From: a virus
Direction: 5' to 3' (one strand)
UHGV virus genome: UHGV-2151295
Length of the DNA: 14,378 nucleotides
Each line of letters begins with the position of its first letter. The stretch's first letter is position 1. Shown here piece after piece: positions 7,271 through 14,378 of this stretch. The notes below the pieces were generated by a model. That model ran no database searches, had not been told where the DNA came from, and worked only from the letters and a program-made list of their open reading frames with translations. The position numbers and the translations under genes are program-made.

Positions 7271-7357
7271 ATGGAAGAAGAATTTGAAGAGTTCGAAGAG
7301 CATCCTCAGGATGTGATGGAACAATACCAGGACTATCCGTATGACTACGACTATTGA
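7271..7357 (+). CDS. Small acidic ORF (lambda orf28-like), 28 aa
   Basis: ATG 7271, translation MEEEFEEFEEHPQDVMEQYQDYPYDYDY, stop TGA 7355..7357, overlapping the ral start; corresponds to the small ORF upstream of ral in lambda. Confidence 0.55.
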   Translation: MEEEFEEFEEHPQDVMEQYQDYPYDYDY

Positions 7358-7541
7358 TAAAAATCAATGGTGTGGACAATTCAAGCGATGCAATGGATGC
7401 AAGCTGCAATCGGAATGCATGGTTAAGCCTGAAGAAATGTTTCCTGTAATGGAAGACGGGAAATATGTCGATAAATGGGCAATACGAACGACGGCAATGA
7501 TTGCCAGAGAACTTGGTAAACAGAACAACAAAGCTGCCTGA
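7341..7541 (+). CDS. ral: Restriction alleviation protein Ral, 66 aa
   Basis: Translation MTTTIDKNQWCGQFKRCNGCKLQSECMVKPEEMFPVMEDGKYVDKWAIRTTAMIARELGKQNNKAA recognised as lambda Ral. Confidence 0.9.
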   Translation: MTTTIDKNQWCGQFKRCNGCKLQSECMVKPEEMFPVMEDGKYVDKWAIRTTAMIARELGKQNNKAA

Positions 7542-7677
7542 TAGTGGCCTTTATTTTTGGCATAAATAACAGAATAAACACTGCACTGTGTATTCATTCC
7601 AACGAGTGAATACACGGAGCAATGTCGCTCGTAACTAAACAGGAGCCGACTTGTTCTGATTATTGGAAATCTTCTTT

Positions 7678-7703
7678 GCCCTCCAGTGTGAGGGCGATTT
7701 TTT
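7678..7703 (+). terminator. Rho-independent terminator in the pL operon (tL2-like), just upstream of ea10
   Basis: GCCCTC(cagtgtg)GAGGGC hairpin followed by GATTTTTT. Confidence 0.5.
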
Positions 7704-7723
7704 ATCTATGAGGATATGAATAG

Positions 7724-8092
7724 ATGTCAAACATCAAAAAATACATCATTGATTACGACTGGAAAGCATCAATAGAAATTGAAATCGACCATGACGTAAT
7801 GACAGAGGAAAAACTTCACCAGATTAATAATTTCTGGTCAGACTCTGAATACCGACTCAATAAACACGGCTCTGTATTAAATGCTGTATTAATCATGCTG
7901 GCGCAACATGCTCTGCTTATCGCAATTTCAAGCGACTTAAATGCATATGGTGTTGTGTGTGAGTTCGACTGGAATGATGGAAATGGTCAGGAAGGATGGC
8001 CTCCAATGGATGGTAGCGAAGGAATAAGAATTACCGATATCGATACATCAGGAATATTTGATTCAGATGATATGACTATCAAGGCCGCCTGA
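7724..8092 (+). CDS. ea10: Ea10 protein, 122 aa
   Basis: Translation MSNIKKYIIDYDWKASIEIEIDHDVMTEEKLHQINNFWSDSEYRLNKHG... recognised as lambda Ea10. Confidence 0.85.
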   Translation: MSNIKKYIIDYDWKASIEIEIDHDVMTEEKLHQINNFWSDSEYRLNKHGSVLNAVLIMLAQHALLIAISSDLNAYGVVCEFDWNDGNGQEGWPPMDGSEGIRITDIDTSGIFDSDDMTIKAA

Positions 8093-8164
8093 GTGCGGCT
8101 TTACCGCATACCAATAACGCTTCACTCGAGGCGTTTTTCGTTATGTATAAATAAGGAGCACACC

Positions 8165-8329
8165 ATGCAATATGCCATTGCAGGGTGGCCTGTTGCTGGC
8201 TGCCCTTCCGAATCTTTACTTGAACGAATCACCCGTAAATTACGTGACGGATGGAAACGCCTTATCGACATACTTAATCAGCCAGGAGTCCCAAAGAATG
8301 GATCAAACACTTATGGCTATCCAGACTAA
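8165..8329 (+). CDS. cIII: CIII protein (FtsH/HflB inhibitor that stabilises CII), 54 aa
   Basis: ATG 8165; translation [54 protein letters not shown] recognised as lambda CIII. Confidence 0.9.
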   Translation: MQYAIAGWPVAGCPSESLLERITRKLRDGWKRLIDILNQPGVPKNGSNTYGYPD

Positions 8330-8441
8330 ATTCACTATCGCCACTTTTATTGGCGATGAAAAGATGTTTCGTGAAGCCGTCGACGCTTATAAAAAATGGA
8401 TATTAATGCTGAAACTGAGATCAAGCAAAAGCATTCACTAA
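8298..8441 (+). CDS. kil: Kil (host-killing, FtsZ inhibitor), 47 aa
   Basis: Internal Met of ORF 8172..8441: [47 protein letters not shown] recognised as lambda Kil; overlaps the cIII 3' end and gam 5' end as in lambda. Confidence 0.85.
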   Translation: MDQTLMAIQTKFTIATFIGDEKMFREAVDAYKKWILMLKLRSSKSIH

Positions 8442-8812
8442 CCCCCTTTCCTGTTTTCCTAATCAGCCTGGCATTTCGCGGGCGATATTTTCACAGCTAT
8501 TTCAGGAGTTCAGCCATGAACGCTTATTACATTCAGGATCGTCTTGAGGCTCAGAGCTGGGCGCGTCACTACCAGCAGATCGCCCGTGAAGAGAAAGAGG
8601 CAGAACTGGCAGACGACATGGAAAAAGGCCTGCCCCAGCACCTGTTTGAATCGCTATGCATCGATCATTTGCAACGCCACGGGGCCAGCAAAAAAGCCAT
8701 TACCCGTGCGTTTGATGACGATGTTGAGTTTCAGGAGCGCATGGCAGAACACATCCGGTACATGGTTGAAACCATTGCTCACCACCAGGTTGATATTGAT
8801 TCAGAGGTATAA
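8396..8812 (+). CDS. gam: Gam (RecBCD inhibitor), 138 aa long form; GamS would start at the MNAYYIQ Met near 8516
   Basis: Translation [68 protein letters not shown]... recognised as lambda Gam. Confidence 0.9.
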   Translation: MDINAETEIKQKHSLTPFPVFLISLAFRGRYFHSYFRSSAMNAYYIQDRLEAQSWARHYQQIAREEKEAELADDMEKGLPQHLFESLCIDHLQRHGASKKAITRAFDDDVEFQERMAEHIRYMVETIAHHQVDIDSEV

Positions 8813-8817
8813 AACGG

Positions 8818-9603
8818 ATGAGTACAGCACTCGCAACGCTGGCAGGGAAGCTGGCTGAACGTGTCGGCATGGATTCTGTCGACCCACAGGAACTGATCAC
8901 CACTCTTCGCCAGACGGCATTTAAAGGCGATGCCAGCGATGCGCAGTTCATCGCATTGCTGATCGTCGCCAACCAGTACGGCCTTAATCCGTGGACGAAA
9001 GAAATTTACGCCTTTCCTGACAAGCAGAACGGCATCGTTCCGGTGGTGGGCGTTGATGGCTGGTCCCGCATCATCAATGAAAACCAGCAGTTTGATGGCA
9101 TGGACTTTGAGCAGGACAATGAATCCTGTACATGCCGGATTTACCGCAAGGACCGCAATCATCCGATCTGCGTTACCGAATGGATGGATGAATGCCGCCG
9201 CGAACCATTCAAAACCCGCGAAGGCAGAGAAATCACGGGGCCGTGGCAGTCGCATCCTAAACGGATGTTACGGCATAAAGCCATGATTCAGTGTGCCCGT
9301 CTCGCCTTCGGATTTGCTGGTATCTATGACAAGGATGAAGCCGAGCGCATTGTCGAAAATACCGCATACACTGCAGAACGTCAGCCGGAACGCGACATCA
9401 CTCCGGTTAACGATGAAACCATGCAGGAGATTAACACTCTGCTGATCGCCCTGGATAAAACATGGGATGACGACTTATTGCCGCTCTGTTCCCAGATATT
9501 TCGCCGCGACATTCGAGCATCGTCAGAACTGACACAGGCCGAAGCAGTGAAAGCTCTTGGATTCCTGAAACAGAAAGCCACTGAGCAGAAGGTGGCAGCA
9601 TGA
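8818..9603 (+). CDS. bet: Bet (Red-beta single-strand annealing protein), 261 aa
   Basis: Translation [59 protein letters not shown]... recognised as lambda Bet. Confidence 0.95.
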   Translation: MSTALATLAGKLAERVGMDSVDPQELITTLRQTAFKGDASDAQFIALLIVANQYGLNPWTKEIYAFPDKQNGIVPVVGVDGWSRIINENQQFDGMDFEQDNESCTCRIYRKDRNHPICVTEWMDECRREPFKTREGREITGPWQSHPKRMLRHKAMIQCARLAFGFAGIYDKDEAERIVENTAYTAERQPERDITPVNDETMQEINTLLIALDKTWDDDLLPLCSQIFRRDIRASSELTQAEAVKALGFLKQKATEQKVAA

Positions 9604-10280
9604 CACCGGACATTATACTGCAGCGTACCGGGATCGACGTGAGAGCTGTCGAACAGGGGGATGATGCGTGGCACAAATTACGGCTCGGCGTCATCACCGC
9701 TTCAGAAGTTCACAATGTGATAGCAAAACCCCGCTCCGGAAAGAAATGGCCTGACATGAAAATGTCCTACTTCCACACCCTGCTTGCCGAGGTTTGCACC
9801 GGTGTGGCTCCGGAAGTTAACGCTAAGGCGCTGGCCTGGGGAAAACAGTACGAGAACGACGCCAGAGCCCTGTTTGAGTTTACTTCCGGCGTGAATGTTA
9901 CTGAATCCCCGATCATCTATCGCGACGAAAGTATGCGCACCGCCTGCTCTCCCGATGGTTTATGCAGTGACGGCAATGGCCTTGAGCTGAAATGCCCGTT
10001 TACCTCCCGGGATTTCATGAAGTTCCGGCTCGGTGGTTTCGAGGCCATAAAGTCGGCTTACATGGCCCAGGTGCAGTACAGCATGTGGGTGACACGAAAA
10101 GATGCCTGGTACTTTGCCAACTATGACCCGCGCATGAAGCGTGAAGGCCTGCATTATGTCGTGGTTGAGCGGGATGAAAATTACATGGCGAGTTTTGACG
10201 AGATGGTGCCGGAGTTCATCGAAAAAATGGACGAGGCACTGGCTGAAATTGGTTTTGTATTTGGGGAGCAATGGCGATGA
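9600..10280 (+). CDS. exo: Exo (Red-alpha 5'-3' exonuclease), 226 aa
   Basis: Translation [68 protein letters not shown]... recognised as lambda Exo; 4-nt overlap with bet. Confidence 0.95.
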   Translation: MTPDIILQRTGIDVRAVEQGDDAWHKLRLGVITASEVHNVIAKPRSGKKWPDMKMSYFHTLLAEVCTGVAPEVNAKALAWGKQYENDARALFEFTSGVNVTESPIIYRDESMRTACSPDGLCSDGNGLELKCPFTSRDFMKFRLGGFEAIKSAYMAQVQYSMWVTRKDAWYFANYDPRMKREGLHYVVVERDENYMASFDEMVPEFIEKMDEALAEIGFVFGEQWR

Positions 10281-10459
10281 AGCATCCTCACGATAATATC
10301 CGGGTAGGCGCGATCACTTTCGTCTACTCCGTTACAAAGCGAGGCTGGGTATTTCCCGGTCTTTCTGTTATCCGAAATCCACTGAAAGCACAGCGGCTGG
10401 CTGAAGAGATAAATAATAAACGAGGGGCTGTATGCACAAAGCATCTCCTGTTGAATTAA
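10271..10459 (+). CDS. Small protein, lambda orf60a-like, 62 aa
   Basis: [55 protein letters not shown]... in the position and orientation of lambda orf60a, immediately after exo. Confidence 0.55.
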   Translation: MAMKHPHDNIRVGAITFVYSVTKRGWVFPGLSVIRNPLKAQRLAEEINNKRGAVCTKHLLLN

Positions 10460-10623
10460 GAACGAGTATCGAGATGGCACATAGCCTCGCTCAAATTGGA
10501 GTCAGGTTTGTGCCAATACCAGTAGAAACAGACGAAGAATTTCATACGTTAGCCGCATCCCTTTCACAAAAGCTGGAAATGATGGCGGCGAAAGCAGAAG
10601 CAAACGAGAGAGACCCGGCATGA
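10432..10623 (+). CDS. Small protein, lambda orf63-like, 63 aa
   Basis: [66 protein letters not shown]; position and sequence as I recall for lambda orf63. Confidence 0.6.
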   Translation: MHKASPVELRTSIEMAHSLAQIGVRFVPIPVETDEEFHTLAASLSQKLEMMAAKAEANERDPA

Positions 10624-10699
10624 CAACAACAGAATGCATTTTTCTGGCAGCGGGCTTCATATTCTGTGTGCTTATGCTTGCCGACATGGGACTTGTTCA

Positions 10700-10915
10700 A
10701 TGACACCTCAGCAAGAAAACGCCCTTCGCAGCATTGCCCGTCAGGCTAATTCTGAAATCAAAAATGCCAGACAGCAGTTTCCGGATAAAAACGTCGATGA
10801 CATTTGCCGTAGCGTACTGAAGAAGCACCGCGAAACGGTAGCGCTGATGGGATTCACACCGACTCATTTAAGCCTGGCGATCGGCATGTTAAACGGCGTC
10901 TTTAAGGAACGGTGA
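10700..10915 (+). CDS. Small protein, lambda orf61-like, about 71 aa
   Basis: Internal Met of ORF 10634..10915: MTPQQENALRSIARQANSEIKNARQQFPDKNVDDICRSVLKKHRETVALMGFTPTHLSLAIGMLNGVFKER. The upstream extension is unlikely. Confidence 0.55.
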   Translation: MTPQQENALRSIARQANSEIKNARQQFPDKNVDDICRSVLKKHRETVALMGFTPTHLSLAIGMLNGVFKER

Positions 10916-11013
10916 ACATGAAAAGCAAAATCATCAGGGAGCTACAGGCTCCTTTTTTATTGTTCGCATTCACCCTCAAGCGTATTAACCAACAATTCAG
11001 GGATTAATGAAAG

Positions 11014-11232
11014 ATGGCAGACATCATTGATTCAGCATCAGAAATCGAAGAATTACAGCGCAATACAGCAATAAAAATGCGTCGTCTGAACCACCAGGCT
11101 ATATCTGCCACTCATTGTTGTGAGTGTGGCGATCCGATAGATGAACTAAGACGTCTGGCCGTTCAGGGTTGTCGGACTTGTGCAAGTTGCCAGGAGGAGA
11201 TCGAACTTAAGAACAAACAATGGGGATTGTGA
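11014..11232 (+). CDS. TraR/DksA-family C4 zinc-finger protein, 72 aa
   Basis: Translation MADIIDSASEIEELQRNTAIKMRRLNHQAISATHCCECGDPIDELRRLAVQGCRTCASCQEEIELKNKQWGL: an N-terminal helix followed by paired CxxC motifs (C-x2-C ... C-x2-C-x2-C), typical of the short phage TraR-like members of the DksA family. Confidence 0.7.
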   Translation: MADIIDSASEIEELQRNTAIKMRRLNHQAISATHCCECGDPIDELRRLAVQGCRTCASCQEEIELKNKQWGL

Positions 11233-11279
11233 TGGCCTCAAAGCAGCAAATTTCAACATCGTCCAACTGAGGTGTAAAA

Positions 11280-11558
11280 ATGTTCAGAATCATTTTTCCT
11301 AACACCTGGTACGTCGACCACCACGGCACTCCCTGCAAAATCCTGCGTTCTACCCACAACAAAGTTCACTACATCCGAAAAGGCAGAACATGTATCGCCA
11401 GCATGTTCCGCTTTAATCATGACTTTGAACCTGTGAATAAAGCTGATGCAGATCGGATAGCAGAAGAGATCGAAACGGCAGAACACATTAAGAAGTTACG
11501 TGACATGCGTTCAAAAAGCAGAGGTAACCATGGAATCATACAGCCTCACACTCGATGA
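11280..11558 (+). CDS. Hypothetical protein, 92 aa, upstream of xis
   Basis: ORF with a GAGGTG Shine-Dalgarno 8 nt upstream of ATG 11280; no recognisable domain. The 3' end overlaps the xis start in another frame. Confidence 0.45.
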   Translation: MFRIIFPNTWYVDHHGTPCKILRSTHNKVHYIRKGRTCIASMFRFNHDFEPVNKADADRIAEEIETAEHIKKLRDMRSKSRGNHGIIQPHTR

Positions 11559-11880
11559 GGCCTGTCAGTTTCTCAAGATATCCAGACCTACCGCTACCAA
11601 CTGGATACGAACAGGCCGCCTACAGGCAACACGCAAAGACCCCACTAAACCAAAATCTCCTTACCTCACAACGCGACAAGCCTGCATTGCGGCGCTTCAG
11701 TCTCCGCTGCATACTATCAAGGTGAGCGCGGGTGATGGCATAACAGAGGAAAGAAAATGTCACTCTTCCGCAGAGGTGAAATATGGTACGCCAGTTTCAC
11801 ATTGCCGAACGGTAAAAGATTTAAACAGTCTCTTGGAACAAAGGACAAAAGGCAGGCGACAGAACTCCATGACAAGCTAA
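11530..11880 (+). CDS. xis: Excisionase Xis, P22-type, 116 aa
   Basis: Internal Met of ORF 11500..11880: [50 protein letters not shown]... recognised as near-identical to P22 Xis; 3' end overlaps the int start by about 124 nt. Confidence 0.85.
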   Translation: MESYSLTLDEACQFLKISRPTATNWIRTGRLQATRKDPTKPKSPYLTTRQACIAALQSPLHTIKVSAGDGITEERKCHSSAEVKYGTPVSHCRTVKDLNSLLEQRTKGRRQNSMTS

Positions 11881-12920
11881 AGGCTGAAGCATGGCGGGTC
11901 AGCAAACTTGGTGAAATACCTGATATAACGTTCGAGGAAGCGTGTGTCAGGTGGCTTGAAGAGAAAGCACATAAAAAATCACTGGACGATGACAAAAGCC
12001 GGATCGGATTCTGGCTTCAACATTTCGCAGGAATGCAACTAAGAGACATTACTGAATCAAAAATTTATTCAGCAATGCAGAAAATGACGAACCGGCGTCA
12101 TGAGGAAAACTGGAAACTCAGGGCAGAAGCATGCAGAAAAAAAGGGAAACCTGTTCCAGAATACACGCCAAAACCAGCGTCCGTTGCAACGAAGGCTACG
12201 CATCTTTCATTTATAAAGGCTCTGCTAAGAGCCGCAGAGCGTGAATGGAAAATGCTGGATAAGGCACCAATTATTAAAGTGCCTCAACCAAAGAATAAAC
12301 GGATCCGCTGGCTGGAGCCCCATGAAGCACAAAGGCTGATTGATGAATGTCCGGAGCCATTAAAGTCTGTTGTTGAATTTGCACTGGCAACAGGCTTAAG
12401 ACGCTCGAACATCATCAACCTTGAATGGCAACAAATAGATATGCAGCGCCGGGTGGCATGGATAAACCCGGAAGAGAGTAAATCAAACCGCGCAATTGGC
12501 GTTGCGCTGAATGATACTGCATGTCGCGTATTGAAAAAACAAATCGGGAATCATCACCGTTGGGTATTTGTGTACAAGGAAAGCTGTACCAAACCAGACG
12601 GAACGAAAGCGCCAACAGTAAGGAAGATGCGGTATGACGCAAACACAGCCTGGAAAGCGGCGCTGAGACGGGCTGGTATTGATGATTTCAGATTTCACGA
12701 CTTGAGACACACTTGGGCAAGTTGGCTGGTTCAAGCCGGAGTCCCGTTGTCAGTGTTACAGGAAATGGGAGGCTGGGAGTCTATCGAAATGGTTCGTCGA
12801 TATGCTCACCTTGCACCTAATCACCTTACCGAACACGCACGGCAAATAGACTCGATCCTAAACCCATCGGTCCCAAATTTGTCCCAGTCAAAAAATAAGG
12901 AAGGTACTAATGATGTGTAA
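11757..12920 (+). CDS. int: Tyrosine integrase, P22-type (thrW-targeting), 387 aa
   Basis: Translation [53 protein letters not shown]... recognised as P22 Int; conserved R...HxxR...Y catalytic box ([13 protein letters not shown]...MVRRYAHL) present. Stop 4 bp from the tRNA 3' end. Confidence 0.95.
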   Translation: MSLFRRGEIWYASFTLPNGKRFKQSLGTKDKRQATELHDKLKAEAWRVSKLGEIPDITFEEACVRWLEEKAHKKSLDDDKSRIGFWLQHFAGMQLRDITESKIYSAMQKMTNRRHEENWKLRAEACRKKGKPVPEYTPKPASVATKATHLSFIKALLRAAEREWKMLDKAPIIKVPQPKNKRIRWLEPHEAQRLIDECPEPLKSVVEFALATGLRRSNIINLEWQQIDMQRRVAWINPEESKSNRAIGVALNDTACRVLKKQIGNHHRWVFVYKESCTKPDGTKAPTVRKMRYDANTAWKAALRRAGIDDFRFHDLRHTWASWLVQAGVPLSVLQEMGGWESIEMVRRYAHLAPNHLTEHARQIDSILNPSVPNLSQSKNKEGTNDV

Positions 12921-12924
12921 CTTA

Positions 12925-12970
12925 TTGATTTAAATGGTGCCGATAATAGGAGTCGAACCTACGACCTTCG
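12925..12970. other. Prophage attachment site (int-proximal att core, overlapping the 3' half of tRNA-Thr)
   Basis: Inference: the integrase gene ends 4 bp from the tRNA CCA end, and P22-type integrases recombine within the anticodon-to-3' portion of thrW. The exact core boundaries cannot be set without the second att copy, which is outside the window. Confidence 0.45.
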
Positions 12971-13000
12971 CATTACGAATGCGCTGCTCTACCAACTGAG
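12925..13000 (-). tRNA. thrW: tRNA-Thr (anticodon CGU), 76 nt including encoded CCA
   Basis: Minus-strand sequence GCCGATATAGCTCAGTTGGTAGAGCAGCGCATTCGTAATGCGAAGGTCGTAGGTTCGACTCCTATTATCGGCACCA folds as a cloverleaf by eye: 7-bp acceptor stem, GTTCGACTC T-arm, anticodon loop TTCGTAA giving anticodon CGT. Confidence 0.9.
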
Positions 13001-13124
13001 CTATATCGGCCCTGAAAGGACATGTTCACGAACGTGAATCACGGTGGACAAGGTTAAAACTAACCGGGCGATGCGTCAATGGCCTTGTGAATCAAATGGC
13101 TACTTTTGCATCACCCGGTTTTAT

Positions 13125-14378
13125 TTACGCACGAATGGTGTAATCACCAATGCCGATCCACTTGTAAGTGGTCAGTGCTTCCAGCCCCATTGGGCCACGT
13201 GCGTGCAGTTTTTGTGTGCTTACCGCCACTTCCGCACCCAGTCCAAACTGGCCGCCGTCGGTAAAACGCGTAGAGGCGTTAACGTAAACAGCGGACGAAT
13301 CCACTTCGTTAACAAAACGCTGGGCGTTGCGCATATCGCGGGTCAGGATCGCATCGGAGTGTTGCGTGCCGTGTTCACGAATATGGGCGATGGCATCGTC
13401 AAGATCGCTGACGATTTTGACGTTCAAATCTAATGACAGAAACTCATCGTCATACTCTTCGGCTTTAACCGCCACCACCTTCGCGGGGCCTGCCTGCAAC
13501 TGTGTCAGCGCAGCTGCATCTGCGTGTAATGTCACGCCGCTTTCCGCCATTTGTTTGCTTAATACGGGCAGGAAGCTATCGGCGATGTTTTTATTCACCA
13601 GCAACGTTTCTACCGTATTACATGTGCTCGGACGCTGAGTTTTGGCGTTGACGATCACTTTTAATGCTTCAGCGATCTCTGCACTTTCATCAACGTAAAT
13701 ATGGCATACGCCTATACCACCTGTGATCACCGGGATCGTCGACTGTTCGCGGCACAGTTTATGCAAACCAGCGCCACCACGCGGGATCAGCATGTCGATG
13801 TATTTATCCATACGCAGCATTTCACTGACCAGCGCACGGTCAGGATTATCAATCGCCTGCACGGCACCCGCCGGTAAGCCGCAGGATTTCAGGGCGTCCT
13901 GAATCACCGCCACCGTTGCAGCGTTAGTGCGACACGTTTCTTTGCCACCGCGCAGGATCACCGCATTACCGGTTTTCAGGCACAGCGAAGCGACATCAAC
14001 CGTCACGTTCGGGCGCGCTTCATAAATCACGCCAATAACCCCCAGCGGTACGCGACGACGCTCAAGACGCAGGCCGCTGTCCAGTACGCCGCCATCGATT
14101 ACCTGCCCCACCGGATCGGCGAGGTTGCACACCTGACGTACATCGTCGGCAATGCCTTTCAGCCGTGCGGGCGTCAGTGCCAGACGGTCAAGCATCGCTT
14201 CGCTAAGGCCATTGGCTCGCGCGTCAGCAACATCCTGGGCGTTAGCGTTGAGGATGATTTCGCTTTGTGCTTCCAGTTCATCGGCGATTTTTTCCAGCAC
14301 GCGATTTTTTTCGCGGCTGGAGAGTTGCGCTAATTTATACGAGGCTTGCTTCGCGGCAATGCCCATTTGTTCCAGCAT
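13125..14378 (-). CDS. proA: Gamma-glutamyl phosphate reductase ProA, 417 aa, start codon at the window edge
   Basis: Translation [66 protein letters not shown]... recognised as enterobacterial ProA; the proA-thrW adjacency matches the E. coli chromosome. Confidence 0.95.
   Translation of the reverse strand: MLEQMGIAAKQASYKLAQLSSREKNRVLEKIADELEAQSEIILNANAQDVADARANGLSEAMLDRLALTPARLKGIADDVRQVCNLADPVGQVIDGGVLDSGLRLERRRVPLGVIGVIYEARPNVTVDVASLCLKTGNAVILRGGKETCRTNAATVAVIQDALKSCGLPAGAVQAIDNPDRALVSEMLRMDKYIDMLIPRGGAGLHKLCREQSTIPVITGGIGVCHIYVDESAEIAEALKVIVNAKTQRPSTCNTVETLLVNKNIADSFLPVLSKQMAESGVTLHADAAALTQLQAGPAKVVAVKAEEYDDEFLSLDLNVKIVSDLDDAIAHIREHGTQHSDAILTRDMRNAQRFVNEVDSSAVYVNASTRFTDGGQFGLGAEVAVSTQKLHARGPMGLEALTTYKWIGIGDYTIRA

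Noticed and set aside
8084-8140. Short GC hairpins after the ea10 stop (GCCGC...GCGGC) as possible terminators
   Set aside because: Stems are only 4-5 bp with weak U-tracts; they more likely belong to the structured cIII leader than act as terminators.
8172-8297. Long 89-aa form of the kil ORF (8172..8441)
   Set aside because: The N-terminal 42 codons overlap cIII out of frame and are not part of Kil as I know it; the real start is the internal Met at 8298.
8544-9286. ORFs 8544..8858 (+), 8700..8972 (-), 8779..9255 (-) and 9053..9286 (+)
   Set aside because: Alternative-frame or antisense ORFs within gam and bet; bet and gam are confidently identified.
9381-10480. Minus-strand ORFs 9381..9674, 9431..9697, 9960..10271 and 10181..10480
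   Set aside because: Antisense to bet, exo and orf60a; no ribosome-binding sites or homology.
10917-11006. 29-codon ORF (MKSKIIRELQAPFLLFAFTLKRINQQFRD) between orf61 and the TraR-like gene
   Set aside because: Very short, no convincing ribosome-binding site, no recognisable features; not enough to call.
11500-11529. Upstream extension of xis (MTCVQKAEVT...)
   Set aside because: P22-type Xis begins [12 protein letters not shown]; the earlier start adds 10 unsupported residues.
12415-12734. Minus-strand ORFs 12415..12642 and 12483..12734, and plus-strand ORFs 13044..13433 and 13327..13638
   Set aside because: Antisense to int and proA respectively, both of which are full-length and recognisable.
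13040-13110. Imperfect 13-bp inverted repeat (AACCGGGCGATGC ... GCATCACCCGGTT) followed by TTTTATTT between thrW and proA
   Set aside because: It lies in chromosomal sequence outside the prophage, has a 33-nt loop (poor intrinsic terminator geometry), and its orientation does not fit terminating proA; most likely ordinary host intergenic structure.

Overview
This window is the int-proximal half of a lambdoid prophage integrated at a tRNA-Thr(CGU) gene (thrW) next to proA, in an Escherichia-type chromosome. The window's minus strand corresponds to the conventional lambda map. Reading left to right: Nu1 N-terminus (-), cos, a small AT-rich moron locus, Rz/Rz1 (-), a 5'-truncated GH24 endolysin remnant (-), ren-P-O-cII-cro (-), the oR switch, cI (+), a 253-aa KilA-N-domain protein where lambda carries rexA/rexB (+), timm-like terminator, oL/pL, nutL, N (+), sieB (-), orf28, ral, ea10, cIII, kil, gam, bet, exo, orf60a/63/61, a TraR/DksA-like zinc-finger gene, an unknown ORF, P22-type xis and int (+), tRNA-Thr (-) and proA (-). 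All protein calls are from recognition of the translated ORFs; no database search was run. The most interesting points are: (1) the KilA-N gene co-oriented with cI in the rex slot, a candidate BstA-like abortive-infection gene; (2) an apparent deletion joining the ren stop codon directly to the middle of the endolysin gene, so the nin region, Q, pR', holin and the catalytic half of the endolysin are absent; (3) a lambda/P22 mosaic with a non-lambda cosN and non-bor cargo at the bor locus. The other prophage end (head and tail genes, second att site) lies outside the window.
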